DNA of 64,000 nt from Octopus vulgaris (GCA_951406725.2 OX597829.1:14508001-14572000), one strand, 5' to 3'; shown: positions 25,558 through 40,051, numbered from the stretch's first letter. The notes: generated by a model not told the origin, from the sequence alone. Translations and numbers: made by a program.

Positions 25558-26543
25558 CAAGCACATCAGTATATTTGGATAATTGTATATGCGTCGATAT
25601 ATTTATATATATATGGATATTATTTGTATGTTTGTATATACAAACATGTGTATATTTACATTTGTACACATTTAAACGTATATTTGTACACACACATCCA
25701 CACATATATATGTCTGTCTGTAATTTTACAGTTTGCCAAACTGGGAAAAGTATCTTACCCAATTTTCCCCGAGATTAAAGATTACAGTTTTGCAATGGGC
25801 CAAAAACTTGGTCAGCTATCCAAAAGATAGTATTCCTTTCTTTAGAATATATTATTCTTAAGATGCAAGATGAGGAGGAATTTGGCAGAATTAGATTTTG
25901 ATAATAAAACGTTTTAAACTTTCTGCCAAGCCACCTTGAAGATATAATTAAACTAAATAAAAATATTTGTATGTTTGCTGCTAACATTCATGACATGTCC
26001 AACGTACTTATCGTTCTATCTTTCGTTGGCTTGTCTTATGTATGGGACTTAGTTTGGGTTGACTTCTATCAGCGACCTGGCTTTGTTTGCTTGGTTGGAT
26101 TAGAAATTAGGCTGAGATTGGTTTGGATTTTCTGAGGTATCTGACTTAGTTTAGAGACCAAATTTGGCTTGTCTTGTTCCAGGGACCAAGCTTTGATTGG
26201 CCCATCTGTGAAACCTAGCTGGGCTTCTCTTATGGACTTGGTCCTCTTGATGTAAAGACATGTCTCTCTCTCTCTCTTCTCTCTTTCACACACGCACACA
26301 AACTGCATACATACACAAACTGCACACATACATAAACTGCACACACACACACATACACACACACACACACACTAGTTTATATATATACATATACATAAGA
26401 TACATATATAGGGTTGCGAATATTCGTTATAAATATCACCACCAGTGGCTTAGCATGTATAAATAGTCAATAGACAACATATTCATATTTTAAAATAGTG
26501 TACAGTTAAAGGGTAGTTTTCTTTTGTGTTTAAATGTACACTA

Positions 26544-26604
<61 letters not shown>

Positions 26605-26617
26605 ATGTATGTGTATG

Positions 26618-26747
26618 TATGTACGTATGTATGTACGTATGTATGTATGTATGTATGTATGTATGTATGTATGTATGTATGTATGTATGTATGTATGTAT
26701 GTATGTATGTATGTATGTATGTATGTATGTATGTATGCATGTATGTA

Positions 26748-26801
<54 letters not shown>
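26618..26801. repeat. (TATG)n(TG)n microsatellite
   Basis: Direct inspection. Confidence 0.97.
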
Positions 26802-26804
<3 letters not shown>

Positions 26805-27559
26805 TATTTCAGTACGCTCGCTCTTTAGTGCTACTGGTAACAAGTAACCCAGCGCATCCAGTTTCAGGTTCGGATAATCGGCGACTAAAGTAGCAGCCCG
26901 ACCGAATTTGTTTGGGTAGGAGGACGAATGTTGAACACTCTGCAGTACGAAAATTAAAACATAAGATCCAACATTGTGTACATGTGTATATGTTGTATGT
27001 TTTTATGCTTTAAAATTTTATATATTTATATATTCAATTTCTTTTATACTCCTGTGACACATTTTATATTCTTGAACTCCTACTGTCTTGTAGATTATCG
27101 TCTTTTGGGAAATACTAACAGAAGGATACTCTGATGTAGCACCTACTAGATATTTGGCTTGTTTTGCGAGTACTTCACACTAATAGAAAGAGTCTTTGCA
27201 AAGCAGTGCAAGTTGCATGAAGCATAAATTCTGTTCGGGCCTTTCTAACACCATTGTTTTTTGTTCTTTTTGACTTTTTGTGTCACAAAACCTGTGCCGA
27301 TGGGAAGATGGCATCGGGTACAGGACTTGACGGTTTGGCGGCATGTAGTCATCAACCTGTACGCAAGCGGCCTTTTGATATGTATAAAGTCGCTTCCTCA
27401 TGTATGCGAGGTAATGGTGGGATTCGGCTTCTCTATTAGGCGTCTGAGCAGTCCTTTTAGGACTACACTATTCACCAATTAGTTGAGGAGGGTCTAGAAA
27501 AGGTAAATCCAAAATTGTTTTCCTCATAAAAACTTGGTCACTTTAGCGCGGCTGGCGGA

Positions 27560-29500
27560 TGTCCATACGAAGCTCGAAACTCGAATTAGTGAATATTAGC
27601 CAACCAACATGACTTAATATTTCTTGACTGAATATTCGAAATAGTAGCTAACAATGCAGGAACTTGATCTGCGTAAAACAGCCATTTTAGCTAGCGGACA
27701 ATGAAAATATTTAGTAGCTATTCCTACACTCTCAGAGATTCATTGATTGGTGATAGGTCACAGAATTAGGTGCAGAGTAACAGCATATAGAATAACATCA
27801 TATGGAAGTGGATGTAAGATTTGCCATTAAAAATGAGGAAGTGTCAAAGCTGTGTGACTCACAACAGAATATTAATATGCGATAATTATGAGTACACATG
27901 TACTGACACTAGATAAGAGTGAAGAAGCGACACTGGAATTTTACGAGACCTTAAATGAGTGTTTGCGTACTCTTTTACTATTTTACTTGTTTCAGTCATT
28001 TAACTGCGGCCATGCTGGAGCACCGCTTTTAGTCGAGCAAATCGACCCCGGGACTTATTCTTTGTAAGCCCAGTACTTATTCTATCGGTCTCTTTCAGTT
28101 TCCGTCTACCAAATCCACTCACAAAGCATTGGTCGGCCCGGGGCTATAGCAGAAGACACTTGCCCAAGGTGCCACGCAGTGGAACTGAACCCGGAGCCAT
28201 GTGGTTGGTAAGCAAGCTACTTACCACACAGCCACTCCTGCTGATTCTGATAAATTATTTTGCTTGGTGACTGTAGCACCAGAGTTGGCATTGAATGGAA
28301 CATCTGGAGGTGTCTTAGAAAGGATGGAGTTGAGAAAATGAACGCTAATGGTTTGCTACTCATTTATATTTGCACAGTGATGGACTTATTTATATTAAGA
28401 ATCCAGTTAAAACATAAAGAATGCCACATTGCAATATGGATGCATCTTCGATCCAAACAGAAGCGTCTGAGTGATTTTGTAATTGTTAAGCAGTGAGATA
28501 TAAAAGAAGTATTTAATGTGTGTTTCTTAAATGGAGCGAATTGTTGGTCCGATCATGCACTTGTTAGAGCAAGATTTAAGATGACAATAAGTCTTAGGAA
28601 CAGGCGGTTTTAAAAATAAAGCCCTACCGAAATTATATTAATGTAGAAAAGCTTAGAGATCCTGTTGTACAGGAAGATTTTAGGAATATCGTTCATCGGC
28701 AGAGGATCAACCTTCATGAGTTGAATTACAAACTAATTTATATGATACCGCTATTGAATTCCTTCGATTTCAAAAAGCCGATAATAGATTGGTTAGACGA
28801 AAATGATACAAAGATTAACCAGCTACATGAGCATAAGTCTGCGATTAGAGAATGATTTATTCCGTAATAGATGCAAAAATATACAAGATGCGCTGAAACG
28901 AGTCAAACAAGAGCAGAGAAAGCAATAAGAGGTATAGAGGAAATTAGTGGAGGGATATATTTTAAAAGATATTCAGCCAGATACTGATTGCCATGACGCT
29001 AAAGAGATTACTGCTAAAGACATTGATATCCATAACAAAATCTAAATGTCCATGTCTTTTGTTGATTTGACAGAGGCCTTAGATACAGTGAGTAGGCATA
29101 CACTATGGGAAGTTTTGCATTAGCTTGACTGCCCGATGCATTTCATGAACATAAGGTCTTTTCATGATGACACGGTCGCATTAGTTAACGTTCAGAGTTT
29201 TTAAAGTGAAAAAACTGAGTGGAGCATAGTGAAATTCCTGGACCAACTTTTTCTCTCTACTTTTTGGTTGTGCCTGAAAATGCATTCAAAAATCGCAGGG
29301 AAAGGACCGGTAAATTATTTAATGTAGCCAAAACTGACTGCAAAAAGAAAGGCATTTACCTTTATAATGAAATTTAATGAAAGTCGGTGATTGTGACTTG
29401 GTAACCCATTCAATTAGTAACATGCATCACGTAATGCTTAAACTTAATGGATCCAATAAAGATCTAATGCTAACAATAAGTTTAGATAAAATTGTTATAT
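27560..29500 (+). pseudogene. Decayed RTE-clade LINE (endonuclease and RT fragments), interrupted by a SINE
   Basis: LLGDCSTRVG...GVEKMNANGLLL...WMHLRSKQKRLSDFVIV...GANCWSDHALVR (APE); FVDLTEALDTVSRHTLWEVL...SFHDD (RT). Confidence 0.8.
27968..28241 (-). mobile_element. Young SINE family B copy with internal deletion, nested in RTE relic
   Basis: Near-identical to head and tail of 29601-30026 but lacking the central microsatellite segment. Confidence 0.9.
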
Positions 29501-29600
29501 TCTAATCAGCTTCTAACTCATATGAACCCGAGATTTTTCTTCACAATACAAACTGAATGTTGTGAATAAATTTAGATATTCTATAAAAGATGAAATATAT

Positions 29601-30024
29601 AGGCGCAGGAGTGGTTGTGTGGTAAGTAGCTTGCTTACCAACCACATGGTTGCGGGTTCAGTCCCACTGCGTGACACCTTGGGCAAGTGTCTTCTGCTAT
29701 AGCCTCGGGCCGACCAATGCCTTGTGAGTGGATTTGGTAGACGGAAACTGAAAGAAGCCTGTCGTATATATGTATATATATATATATATGTATGTATGTG
29801 TATATGTTTGTGTGTCTCTGTTTGTTCCCCTAGCATTGCTTGACAACCGATGCTGGTGTGTTTACATCCCCGTCACTTAGCGGTTCGGCAAAAAGAGACC
29901 GATAGAATAAATACTGGGCTTACAAAGAATAAGTCCCGGGGTCGATTTGCTCGACTAAAGGCGGTGCTCCAGCATGGCCGCAGTCAAATGACTGAAACAA
30001 GTAAAAGAGTAAAAGAGTAAAAGA

Positions 30025-30026
<2 letters not shown>
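29601..30026 (+). mobile_element. SINE family B, full length, with internal (TA)/(TG) tract and (GTAAAAGA)n tail
   Basis: GGCGCAGGAGTGG.TGTGTGGTAAG A box, GGGTTCAGTCCC B box, CORE-like GACACCTTGGGCAAGTGTCTT. Confidence 0.92.
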
Positions 30027-30121
<95 letters not shown>

Positions 30122-30475
30122 AGTCATAAAACGACGAAAGATATCATTACCCATCTTCACAAGATTTAAGATTAAATTTTGCAATCAGCCAAAAGACTTG
30201 GTCTGTTAGGCAAACGCTAACATTTCTTTCTTTAGAATATTTCATTCTTAAGATGCAAAGCGGTGAGGAGTTTGGCGAGATTACATTTTGAAAATAAAAA
30301 GATTTAATGTTCCTGCCAATGTACCTTGAAAGATATAAGAAAACTTAATAAAACTATTTGGATGGTTGCAGCTACCATTCGAGTCATGTCCGGCAAGTTA
30401 ACTATACTAGCTTGCCTTAGGCACACACACACGCATGTACGCTAACGTGTGCGCACGCACACATACACACATACG

Positions 30476-30524
<49 letters not shown>

Positions 30525-30585
30525 CTATAGTCTCGAGTCTTTTGAGTGAATTTTGTAAACGGAAAGCGAAAGAATCCATCCCGTC

Positions 30586-30621
<36 letters not shown>

Positions 30622-31205
30622 TCACGTATTGTTTGATCCACTGTTTGAACAATTTTGATAGAGATATCTCACATGTTTCTCCCAAATTTTACAATTTTGT
30701 AACACCTATTAGCAAATGGAAGACGTGTTATAGCGAATAAATAACACCAAAAATTATTTCCAATTTCTTGTTTTGATATGTAATTTACTCTGCTAAATGC
30801 ATTTTCCATAATTTTCAACTCTTATACATGCTTCATACAAACATAAAATCTACAGACGATTTTGGAGTACTGGAATAATCGGATACGGGTCGAGTTGACA
30901 CAGCTTTGATTATAACCAAATGTTAGATCTCGAACTTACATTGGATGCCGGTATACAAATGGTATGTAATTTCATGCACAATTATATCTATACGTATGAG
31001 ATGTATGTGTAAGTGTATGAATATGTCTGTATATGCATGGGTATATATAGATATGTTTGTATATGGTATACACACAAATGTGCAAATCTCGACCCTTGAT
31101 TGGTGTACTTAATATTTAAATACCTTGATTCTAACGAATCATACAATTATACATGTATATATGTATGGGTTTATATATATATAAATGTCTATGTATATAT
31201 TTCTG

Positions 31206-31270
<65 letters not shown>

Positions 31271-31447
31271 TCACATATATATATGCGTATGTTTGTACAT
31301 TTAACTAAGTATATCAGATATGGGGTTTGAGCTGGTAGAATGTTCCAGCAGGAATAATGGTGTGACATATGGGGTGTCAGTAGTGGTCACTGGTCTGACA
31401 TTTGTAGAGGCAAGTCTTTATACATACATACACACACACATACACAC

Positions 31448-31495
31448 GCTGATGTTTAGCTTGGTGTTAAAATCAACACCAAGCTAAACATCAGC
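31448..31495. repeat. Perfect 21-bp hairpin with 6-nt loop at the truncation point of a transposase relic
   Basis: GCTGATGTTTAGCTTGGTGTT-AAAATC-AACACCAAGCTAAACATCAGC. Confidence 0.95.
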
Positions 31496-31977
31496 AACAT
31501 TCTGTAAGCTGAATTGCTTCCATGGGTCTATGTGCACTTTCAAGGCGCACCTTGGAGGTCCCAACAGGACTCGGTACCATTCCACAACTCCAAACAGATA
31601 CAACACTGGATTCAGAAAAAACAAAAACATTTCGTCGTTTATAGGCAAGGATGTATGGTCTTCAAGAAGCTCCGATCTCAACCCGTTGGATTTTTCTGTT
31701 TGGTCCATTTTGGAGACAAGAGTTTCGAGCACTCTTCATGCTTTACTCAACGCTCTGAAGGCAAAACTGCGCCAGGAATGGGCTTCGATTCCGTAACAAC
31801 AGCTGAAAGCAACGTGTGAAGCATTCGCACCTAGACTGAATGCTGTGACTCGAAACAGAAGAGGTCATATAGAATAAATGTAGTAGTGTCATAATTGTGT
31901 TTCTTTTACCATTGCATTGCAACGTTCTTTGGCAAAATTGAAAAAAAAGTTGGTTGCCTGAATTTTGGAATTATATG
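31463..31977 (+). pseudogene. maT/DD37D-like transposase C-terminal fragment
   Basis: GVKIN...QQDSVPFHNSKQIQHW...WSSRSSDLNPLDFSVWSILE...LKAKLRQEWASIP*...FAPRLNAVTRNRRGHIE; frameshifted. Confidence 0.85.
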
Positions 31978-33795
31978 TATGTATGTATGTAAGTATGTAT
32001 GTATGTATGTATGTATGTATGTATGTATGTATGTATGTATGTGTGTGTGTATGTATGTATGTGTGTGTGTGTGTGTGTGTATGTATATATGTATGTATAT
32101 ATATATGTATGTATGTATATATATATGTATGTATGTATATATATATGTATGTATGTGTGTGTATATACACATATGAATGTATAGATATTTATATGTATAT
32201 CTATACATGTGTGTATATATGTATCCATATGTACATACATACATGCGTGTGTGTGTGTGTGTGTTTATTATAATTTGGAAAACAAGGAGAGATATATTTA
32301 TCCACCATTCCAGATTAAAGATTGCAGTTTTGCAACGAGCCAAAACCTTGGTCTGATAGCCAAGCTTCTGTTGGCTTTTCTTAAGGTCCTGGCATATACA
32401 TGTATATACGCACATACACACACATATAGGCGTGTATGTTGTATTCACACACACACACACACACAAACATACACACGTATATTACTATACATGAACGTAT
32501 TCATACATGTATGTATCCATGTATGTATGTATCCATGTATGTATATATGTATGTATGTATGTATGTAATATTATTGTTACAATTTGGAAAACTAGGAAAG
32601 ATATCTTTTTCCGTCTTTCTAAGAATAAAGATTATTGTTTTGGAATGGGCCAAAAATTTGGTTCTGCTAGCCAAACGATAGCATTTCTTTCTATAGAATA
32701 TTTTATTCTTAAGATGTAAGACGATGAGGATCTTGGCTAGATTAGAATTTGAAAATACCAAGATTTAAACTTTCTGCCAAACTACTTTACAGATATAAGA
32801 AAACCTAATAAAAGTATTACAATAGTTGCAACTAACATTCTAGATATGAGCGGTCGTTTGGCAATCTAGATAGATATTTAGTTATTTGGCTGGTTAGTTT
32901 GTTAGTTTAATAGGTAGGCACGTTGGTAGGTTTATGGGTAAGTAAATTTGTATATAAGTTACTAGATTGCTAAGTAGCTGTACACATAATCATACTGATA
33001 TATGCATATATCATGGTTGTTAACTTGTAGACGAGTATACCCATCAATGATAAATCATCTTATCCTAGATGTTAAAGACAGTGGCTGACAGCAATGCTCG
33101 TGTCGAAATTTAAGGTCAATAATAGTTTGCAGAGCACCGCTTAGACTCTCATCTATAAAGCCAAATAGTCTAGAAATAAACAAGAGTAAGCTCTCTGGTT
33201 TCACAATGATATATGTGTCATATCGGAATTTTCTTTTCCTAAAGAGATGTCTAAATAAAGGGCCTCTCATTTACAATTGTTGGATGTTCGTTGACTCTAC
33301 TGAGTCATCTGTCCTTTTATAAATTTGTTTTTCCGCCCTGCAGGTTGTCCAACGAAAATCCGCCTCTTTACTAAGGTTAGTAGGGTTACCAGATTATTTG
33401 CCGACAGCCCGAACATGCAATAAATTGTACGTGTTATACGATACGAGTAACATTCAGAGTGACCTCACACAATATTTATATGTACATAAATACAACCAAA
33501 TGTATGTATATATATATATATATATATATATAACCACACACACACACACTCACGCACTTACACACACATATATGTTCTATCTTTTATTTGTTTCAGTCGT
33601 AGGTCTGCAGCCATACTGGAGCACTGCCCTGGAGGAATGCAATCGAAGAAATTGATCCGAGATTATTTTGTTTTGAGTTCGGTACTTCTATCGGTTTATT
33701 CTGCTGCATGGCTAAGTAACGAGGACGTAAACAAATCAACACCGGTTTTTAAGCGGGTGTGTACACACACACACATACACATATGTACATATATG

Positions 33796-33858
<63 letters not shown>

Positions 33859-34227
33859 GGCGCAGGAGTGGCTTTGTGATAAGTAGCTTGCTTATCAACC
33901 ACATGGTTCCGGGTTCAGTCCCCCTGCGTGGCACCGTGGGCAAGTGTCTTCTACTATAGCCTTGGGCCGACCAAATCCTTGTGAGTGGATTTGGTAGACG
34001 GAAACTGAAAGGAGCACGTCGTATATATGTGTGTGTGTGTTTCTCCCCTCCCCCTCAACATCGCTTGACAATAGATGCTGGTGTGTTTTTACGGTCCCGT
34101 AACTTAACGGTTCGGTATAAGTGACTGATAGAATAAGTACTAGGCTTACAAAGAATAAGTCCTGGGGTCGATTTGCTCGACTTAAAGGCGGTGCTCCAGC
34201 GTGGCCACACTGAAACAAGTAAAAGAG
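33859..34227 (+). mobile_element. SINE family B, full length
   Basis: High identity to 29601-30026. Confidence 0.92.
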
Positions 34228-34259
<32 letters not shown>

Positions 34260-35239
34260 ACAGACTACCACATAGTTTCCCTTCTACCAAATCGTCGATC
34301 TGGAGCTATTGGGGAAGAGCTACTGGTGCATATAAGTGACCGAGTCACAATATATCCCCACCCAAACAACAGAACGCGGGGCCGAAGTAGGATTCAAGGC
34401 CAGCAATTTTTGAGGGAAAGAGCCAAGTCGATTACCCCGAACTCCGTGATCAACTGATGTTTTATTTTATCGATCCCCAAAAGATGAATGGGGGTGGAAT
34501 TCGAACTCGGAAAAAATGCCGCTTAACATTTTGCCCGGTGTACTAAAGATTCTGGCTTAGCTTGTCTTATCTTTGGGACTTGGATTGGCTTGACTATTGG
34601 AACCTGGCTTGTCTTAGGGACTAGACTTAGTGTACCTTAGGGACCTGGCTGGCTTCGCTTGATTAACTTGTCTTTAAGACTTAGTTGGGTTTAGTTTGTC
34701 GTAAGGAACTTGCTTGGTTTGGTTTAAGGAATTGGTCTTTGCTTTCAGCGAGAAGAGTTTTCCACAGCAAATATATTTGAATACGGCCTTTTTTTTTTTT
34801 TGTACATATTTGGATTAATCTAAATTTTGTTTTCCTGCAACATTGCTTTCGCGTGTTCATTACAATATTTTGTTTAGCTAGGGGCCAGCGTCGCACATAA
34901 TCAACTCGTGGTTTGAAGGTGAATTACTATAAGGTAACGAATGCTTCCAAAATCATTTCAGGGTTGCCTCTCTTGCGGTACACAGTGCTGATGATAGCCA
35001 GAGACCTAGAAATGCATTTACAGTTTTGCCGAGAGAGGCGCCTTGAAAAGATTGTTGATATTTTTCAATACCTATTGACTAAACTGAAAAAAAGTTCTCC
35101 ACGGTAAATTAGAAATGAATACTGCCTTTGTACAGGTCAAATATGCCCCAAACATATTTGAGCTGATCTAAATGTAAAATAAATGTTATCGATAATCGAT
35201 ATGTTGTGAAAATCTTGAAATATAGGTTTTGTTTTTTTT

Positions 35240-35549
35240 AAACCGATTTTTAAGAAAGAAAATCTATAAACTTACAAAAGTATAACATATGAACATTATC
35301 GATCAAAATCTATAGATATTAGAGTACACGAGCCGGCAATAATGACGGAGCTATTGTTGAAAGATGTATACGATGAATGTTGCTAATGATTCTATGAGGA
35401 TGTAAATGAAAATGCCAAAAGACCAGGGAAAAAAAATATTTATCACTCCCCATATATTGTACAGGTTTGATTACTTTTAATATATACAATATGTCAAGGA
35501 TTCACTCGTTATTCTACATTGTTATTTTCTACAATAAATACTCTACCTA

Positions 35550-35613
<64 letters not shown>

Positions 35614-36920
35614 GAAATAGACACGTGATCTTACAAATAGGTTACATACATCTTCTAAAAGTTTGAAGCGACTGCAGATTTAGTTTTATGCAAAAGTGTT
35701 GCATTTACAACATATTTGACATACTCCATACAAAAGTTGCAGATGTGTATAATAATCATTATTATTCACATTCACTGCAAAAGTTCCGAAGAACTGCATT
35801 TCTTGTATATACATGAGGAGGCGCCAATACACCTTGGACTTCTAAATTTTCAGTTTGTAATTGCTAATTATTTTCTGCTTTTTTTTTCGTTCGTTCTGCA
35901 TAAAGCAAGAAATACATACATGCAGTGTAGCAAGTAATTAGGCCGAAGTTGAATACATGATACCTCTCATTACGATGAATATAAAAAGGAAATAGTAGAA
36001 TATCTGAAGTAGAATAATTAATAGTGGAATAAGTGTATATACATATACGTATAGCGTATTAAATATATATTCATGACGCACAGCGTATTATATTTATTGA
36101 TTAGATTTACCAATAGACTTTTTTTCTCTTTTTTTTTTCAGCCGATTTTTGAGAAAGAAAATATATAAAGATTTACAAACGTATAACATCTGAAAATTAC
36201 CGATCAATATCTATAGATATTAGTGTTAAAATATCTAGCGATATTTTGGAAACTTTAAACTATAACGAGGAAATCGATGGCGATAATAGAGGGCCTGATC
36301 TATTATCGGAAATACATGAAGACTGAGACAACCAAAGAACTATTTATTCTAAACCAGAAACTAATCTTCTAATAGCCTTCTGTATATCTTACTTAACGTG
36401 AATACATTACTGAAAGTCACAAAACTGCCATATTCGTCTTCTTACCGACTAATAGTGTTAAAAAGCACAGAAGTATATCAGTAACTGATAGTTTTCGAAA
36501 AGGCCGCTCAGAGGGCTTCCACGACTATGGTAGTAAAGAAAGGTGCAATGAAGAGCTTGAAGCGAATTTTTAGTCGAGACAGAGGTGTTCATATATATAT
36601 ATTCGTTATGAGCGACGAATGCTGTATAGGTTCAAAACAGAAAACTGTATATCTTACTTAACGGAGATATGTCTTAGAAAGCCACAAAATTATCCGTCTT
36701 ACGACTAAAAAGTATAGAAGTGCATCGGGTAGCAGACGAAAACGTGTCCAGTAGTAGTGGCGAAAATGCTAGATCAGGATTTCTCTGTCTTTGCACATCA
36801 TCAATAGCAAGGGTCCACTATCAAGGACATGTTTAGACAAATTTCGATTCTGTTGATATGCCGAAGTGGGGATTAACAAATTACTAGTACCGTAAATAAC
36901 TGGCAGATATTGTGAATACC
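35240..36920 (+). repeat. Old, partly tandem repeat family (35240-35325 duplicated at 36140-36225; 36380 and 36645 units); homologous to 60180-60815
   Basis: CCGATTTTT.AGAAAGAAAAT...ATCTATAGATATTAG twice; TGTATATCTTACTTAACG...GAAAG.CACAAAA twice; GGATTTCTCTGTCTTTG.ACATCATCAATAGCA at 36777 and 60267. Confidence 0.75.
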
Positions 36921-37254
36921 CAGATACCCAGGGTTCTAGTAATTCTTTTCGTCTTCGGTTGATACACTTTTCTGCTTTTTAACCCTATACATCTAAACGA
37001 GAAACTCTCTATAGTCGAATACCAGTGTATTAAGGCTTACTTGCAGTAAGTTCATGTAACGTAAAGACACAAAATATACTATATTGAATAAATACCACCT
37101 CCATCGTTTCTAACAAATTTTAATCTCTTAAGCTTAGTTAGGTTTAACAGCGACGGCATCTCTCCTGCTGACTCATTGGCTATTTAGAATTTTAGCTGGA
37201 AATTGTATAGTAATAGAATAACGCAGTTTTTTCATCACATACACACAAGTGCAT

Positions 37255-37567
37255 GTTTGTTCCTTCCTTCTCGAGCCATGCCTGGCTCATAAGGGCCGGT
37301 TTCCCGGTTTCCTTGGCGTATAGGTTCCCCACCTGGACGGGACGCCGGTCCGTCGCAGGTGAGCTGCAAGATGCAGGAGGAAAGAGTGAGAGAAAGTTGT
37401 GGCGAAAGAGTCAGCAGAGGTTCGCCATTATCTTCTGCCGGAGCCGCGTGGAGCTTAGGTGTTTCGCTGATAAACACACACATCACCCGGTCTGAGATTC
37501 GAACCGCTCGATCCCTCGATCGCGAGTCTGCTGCTCTAACCACTAGGCCATGTGCCTCCACCTCCAC
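37255..37567 (-). mobile_element. SINE family A, full length
   Basis: Near-identical to 201-506. Confidence 0.9.
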
Positions 37568-37801
37568 ACGTGCATGCGCTCGCGTGTGTGTACAGACACA
37601 CACATGCACACAGAAAGAGATTTTTTGTATAAATATGTGTATATGTATGGTAAAAACGGTAAGATAACAAAAGAAAGAAAGAGACCTCAGTATTATGTAA
37701 ATAGAGGAAATTTATGTGTAAAATAATATGTGACAATTATTCAATAGCCAAGATAAAATTCTGAGTTTCGGATGCCGAAGTGGAAATCCGCAACAAATCT
37801 C

Positions 37802-38152
<351 letters not shown>

Positions 38153-38305
38153 GTATATATATATATATATATATACACATGCATATATAGGTATCTGAAT
38201 ATATGTATACGTATTTATATATACCTATTATATGTATATGTATATATATATGTAGATGTAAATATACGTATACATATATATAAACATATGAGTGTCTGTC
38301 TGTCT

Positions 38306-38530
38306 GAGGCCGCGTGCCATAGTGGTTTGGTTGTTGCTCCCGCGGTCGCTAGATCGCTGTTTCAGTTCCGGTACCAGGTGGTGCGTTGTGTTCTTTAGCA
38401 AAGTCCTCTTATCTGAGGTTGCTCTGCAAGTTTTTCAGGCAACGTCGATTTGACGGAGAGAATGAGCGAATGTACAGCACAGACCATGTTATCATTATAA
38501 ACATATCGTTTGTGCAGGCTGTTCAGAGAG
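38306..38530 (+). mobile_element. Old tRNA-derived SINE
   Basis: GAGGCCGCGTGCCATAGTGGTT head and GTTGTGTTCTTTAGCAAAG CORE-like segment; related relic at 58338-58650. Confidence 0.55.
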
Positions 38531-39301
38531 ACTAACATTGTGTGTGTGTGTAAGTGTGTGTGCGTATGTCGATATTTGACTAGAAACTACTGCTATTGCT
38601 TATAATTGTTTGTGGAGTGAGAGAGAGATTACTTAAGGGACGAAAGAGAGGGTGAATATTCTTCTTAAGGGGAGAAAACCGCTTCAGGATTTATATATAT
38701 ACCAGATTACCCGTGACCCGTTGGGTCACCTGGAAAGTCTGAGCTTCCTAGCAACGGAGTTTTGGTTCGGGTTTTTTGTTTTGTTTTCCAAGTTATTTCG
38801 TATGCTTTTAACGAATGTGACATCCAAATCACGCGTAAGCGGCTCCTTTCCCCGGAAAAGGAAAGATGTGGCTGCTATTTCTTGCATGCCCTGCAACCAC
38901 GTAACAACTATTTCAGGTCCCTTATCGCAAATAGCTGTTACGTGTTATCTGGGCGTGCTAGAAATAGCAGCCCAAACCTTTGGAGCTGAGATACGTTGAA
39001 TGCACTTGGAAAAAACCCATGGAAAAAAATTATTTCACTCCGAGTATTTGAACGGGTCTTTTACAAAATATTTATTGCATTTTTAAAGTAATTTTTACTT
39101 TAAAATATTTTTTAAATATGCCAAAATAAATTTTTGTGCTAGTATTCACATTAAAATATTGTCTGTTTAAAGAAAGCTAAAATATAAATACTTACTGTAC
39201 AAACAACTTACACTTTTGAAATCACATTCGCTTAAAAATATTTCTTCATGATTAGAATATTGCGTACGTCAAAAAGTCAACGGTTTTTTCTTACTGAGTG
39301 A

Positions 39302-39335
<34 letters not shown>

Positions 39336-40005
39336 ATGAACGAAGACAATGTGTGTGTTTATATGTCACAGGTAGCGTCATACGTTTGTTTGTGTTGATT
39401 CACACGCCATGACATTCATTATATGTGTGTGTATTCTGTATGTGTCTGTTTACGTCACGGAAGACATGTTTTCTTTTGTCAAGAAATAACAAACAAAAAT
39501 TGTGTTTAATCGTTTTCATTAATAAACAGAAGTCACAAAAATTCATCATATTGCACTGCATAAAGTAAATATGAAAATATATGTGTAAAAATAATTAAGA
39601 TAAAATATACTATTTCTGAGACAAACAAACTATTTCGGGAACAAACTTCTAGAGTATTAGTATTATTAAGATATTTTCCTTATGTTGAGAGATATTTTTT
39701 CTATGAGTGAAAAGAGGAAAAAGCATATAATATTTTCATATAATTCATTTATCAGATATTCAAGTTTTGCCCTTGTTCAGAGTTCTTCAGCACAACAGAG
39801 CTCGAAATTTTAAAATTAGTCTGTAATCATTTAGAAATTAAGAATTAAATACGTGTAAGTATATGTACATATATCTACATATGTATATATGTATATATAT
39901 ATGTAATACAGTTCTATATTTAGGAGATGAGGAATAATGTATATTATTTGCATTTATTTACATTTGACGGTTATTTGTCATCATCTTTTTTTTTTTTTTT
40001 TTGTT

Positions 40006-40051
40006 AACACAATGTTTCGGCTGATATACCCTCCAGCCTTCATCAGGTGTC
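40006..40051 (-). ncRNA. Minimal type I hammerhead (stem III G-to-A lesion)
   Basis: GACAC-CTGATGA-A-GGCTG(GAGGGTATAT)CAGCC-GAA-ACAT-T-GTGTT. Confidence 0.75.

Larger units (their letters stand above)
24265..32850 (+). repeat. Five co-oriented diverged copies of a repeat of about 280 bp (24265-24510, 25725-26010, 30140-30400, 32270-32390, 32575-32850)
   Basis: Shared GATT.CAGTTTTGCAA.GGGCCAAAA.TTGG...ATTCTTAAGATG...TTTGGC.AGATTA...TTCTGCCAA...GTTGCA.CTAACATTC. Confidence 0.8.

Noticed and set aside
27123-27197. Possible decayed hammerhead (ACT-CTGATGT-AGCA...TGC-GAG...AGT)
   Set aside because: Two core changes and no stem III; cannot be supported from this copy alone.
27365-27460. HDV-like ribozyme upstream of the RTE relic (CGC-TTCCTCAT-GTA)
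   Set aside because: P1 and P3 are mismatched and the P1.1 GG is absent.
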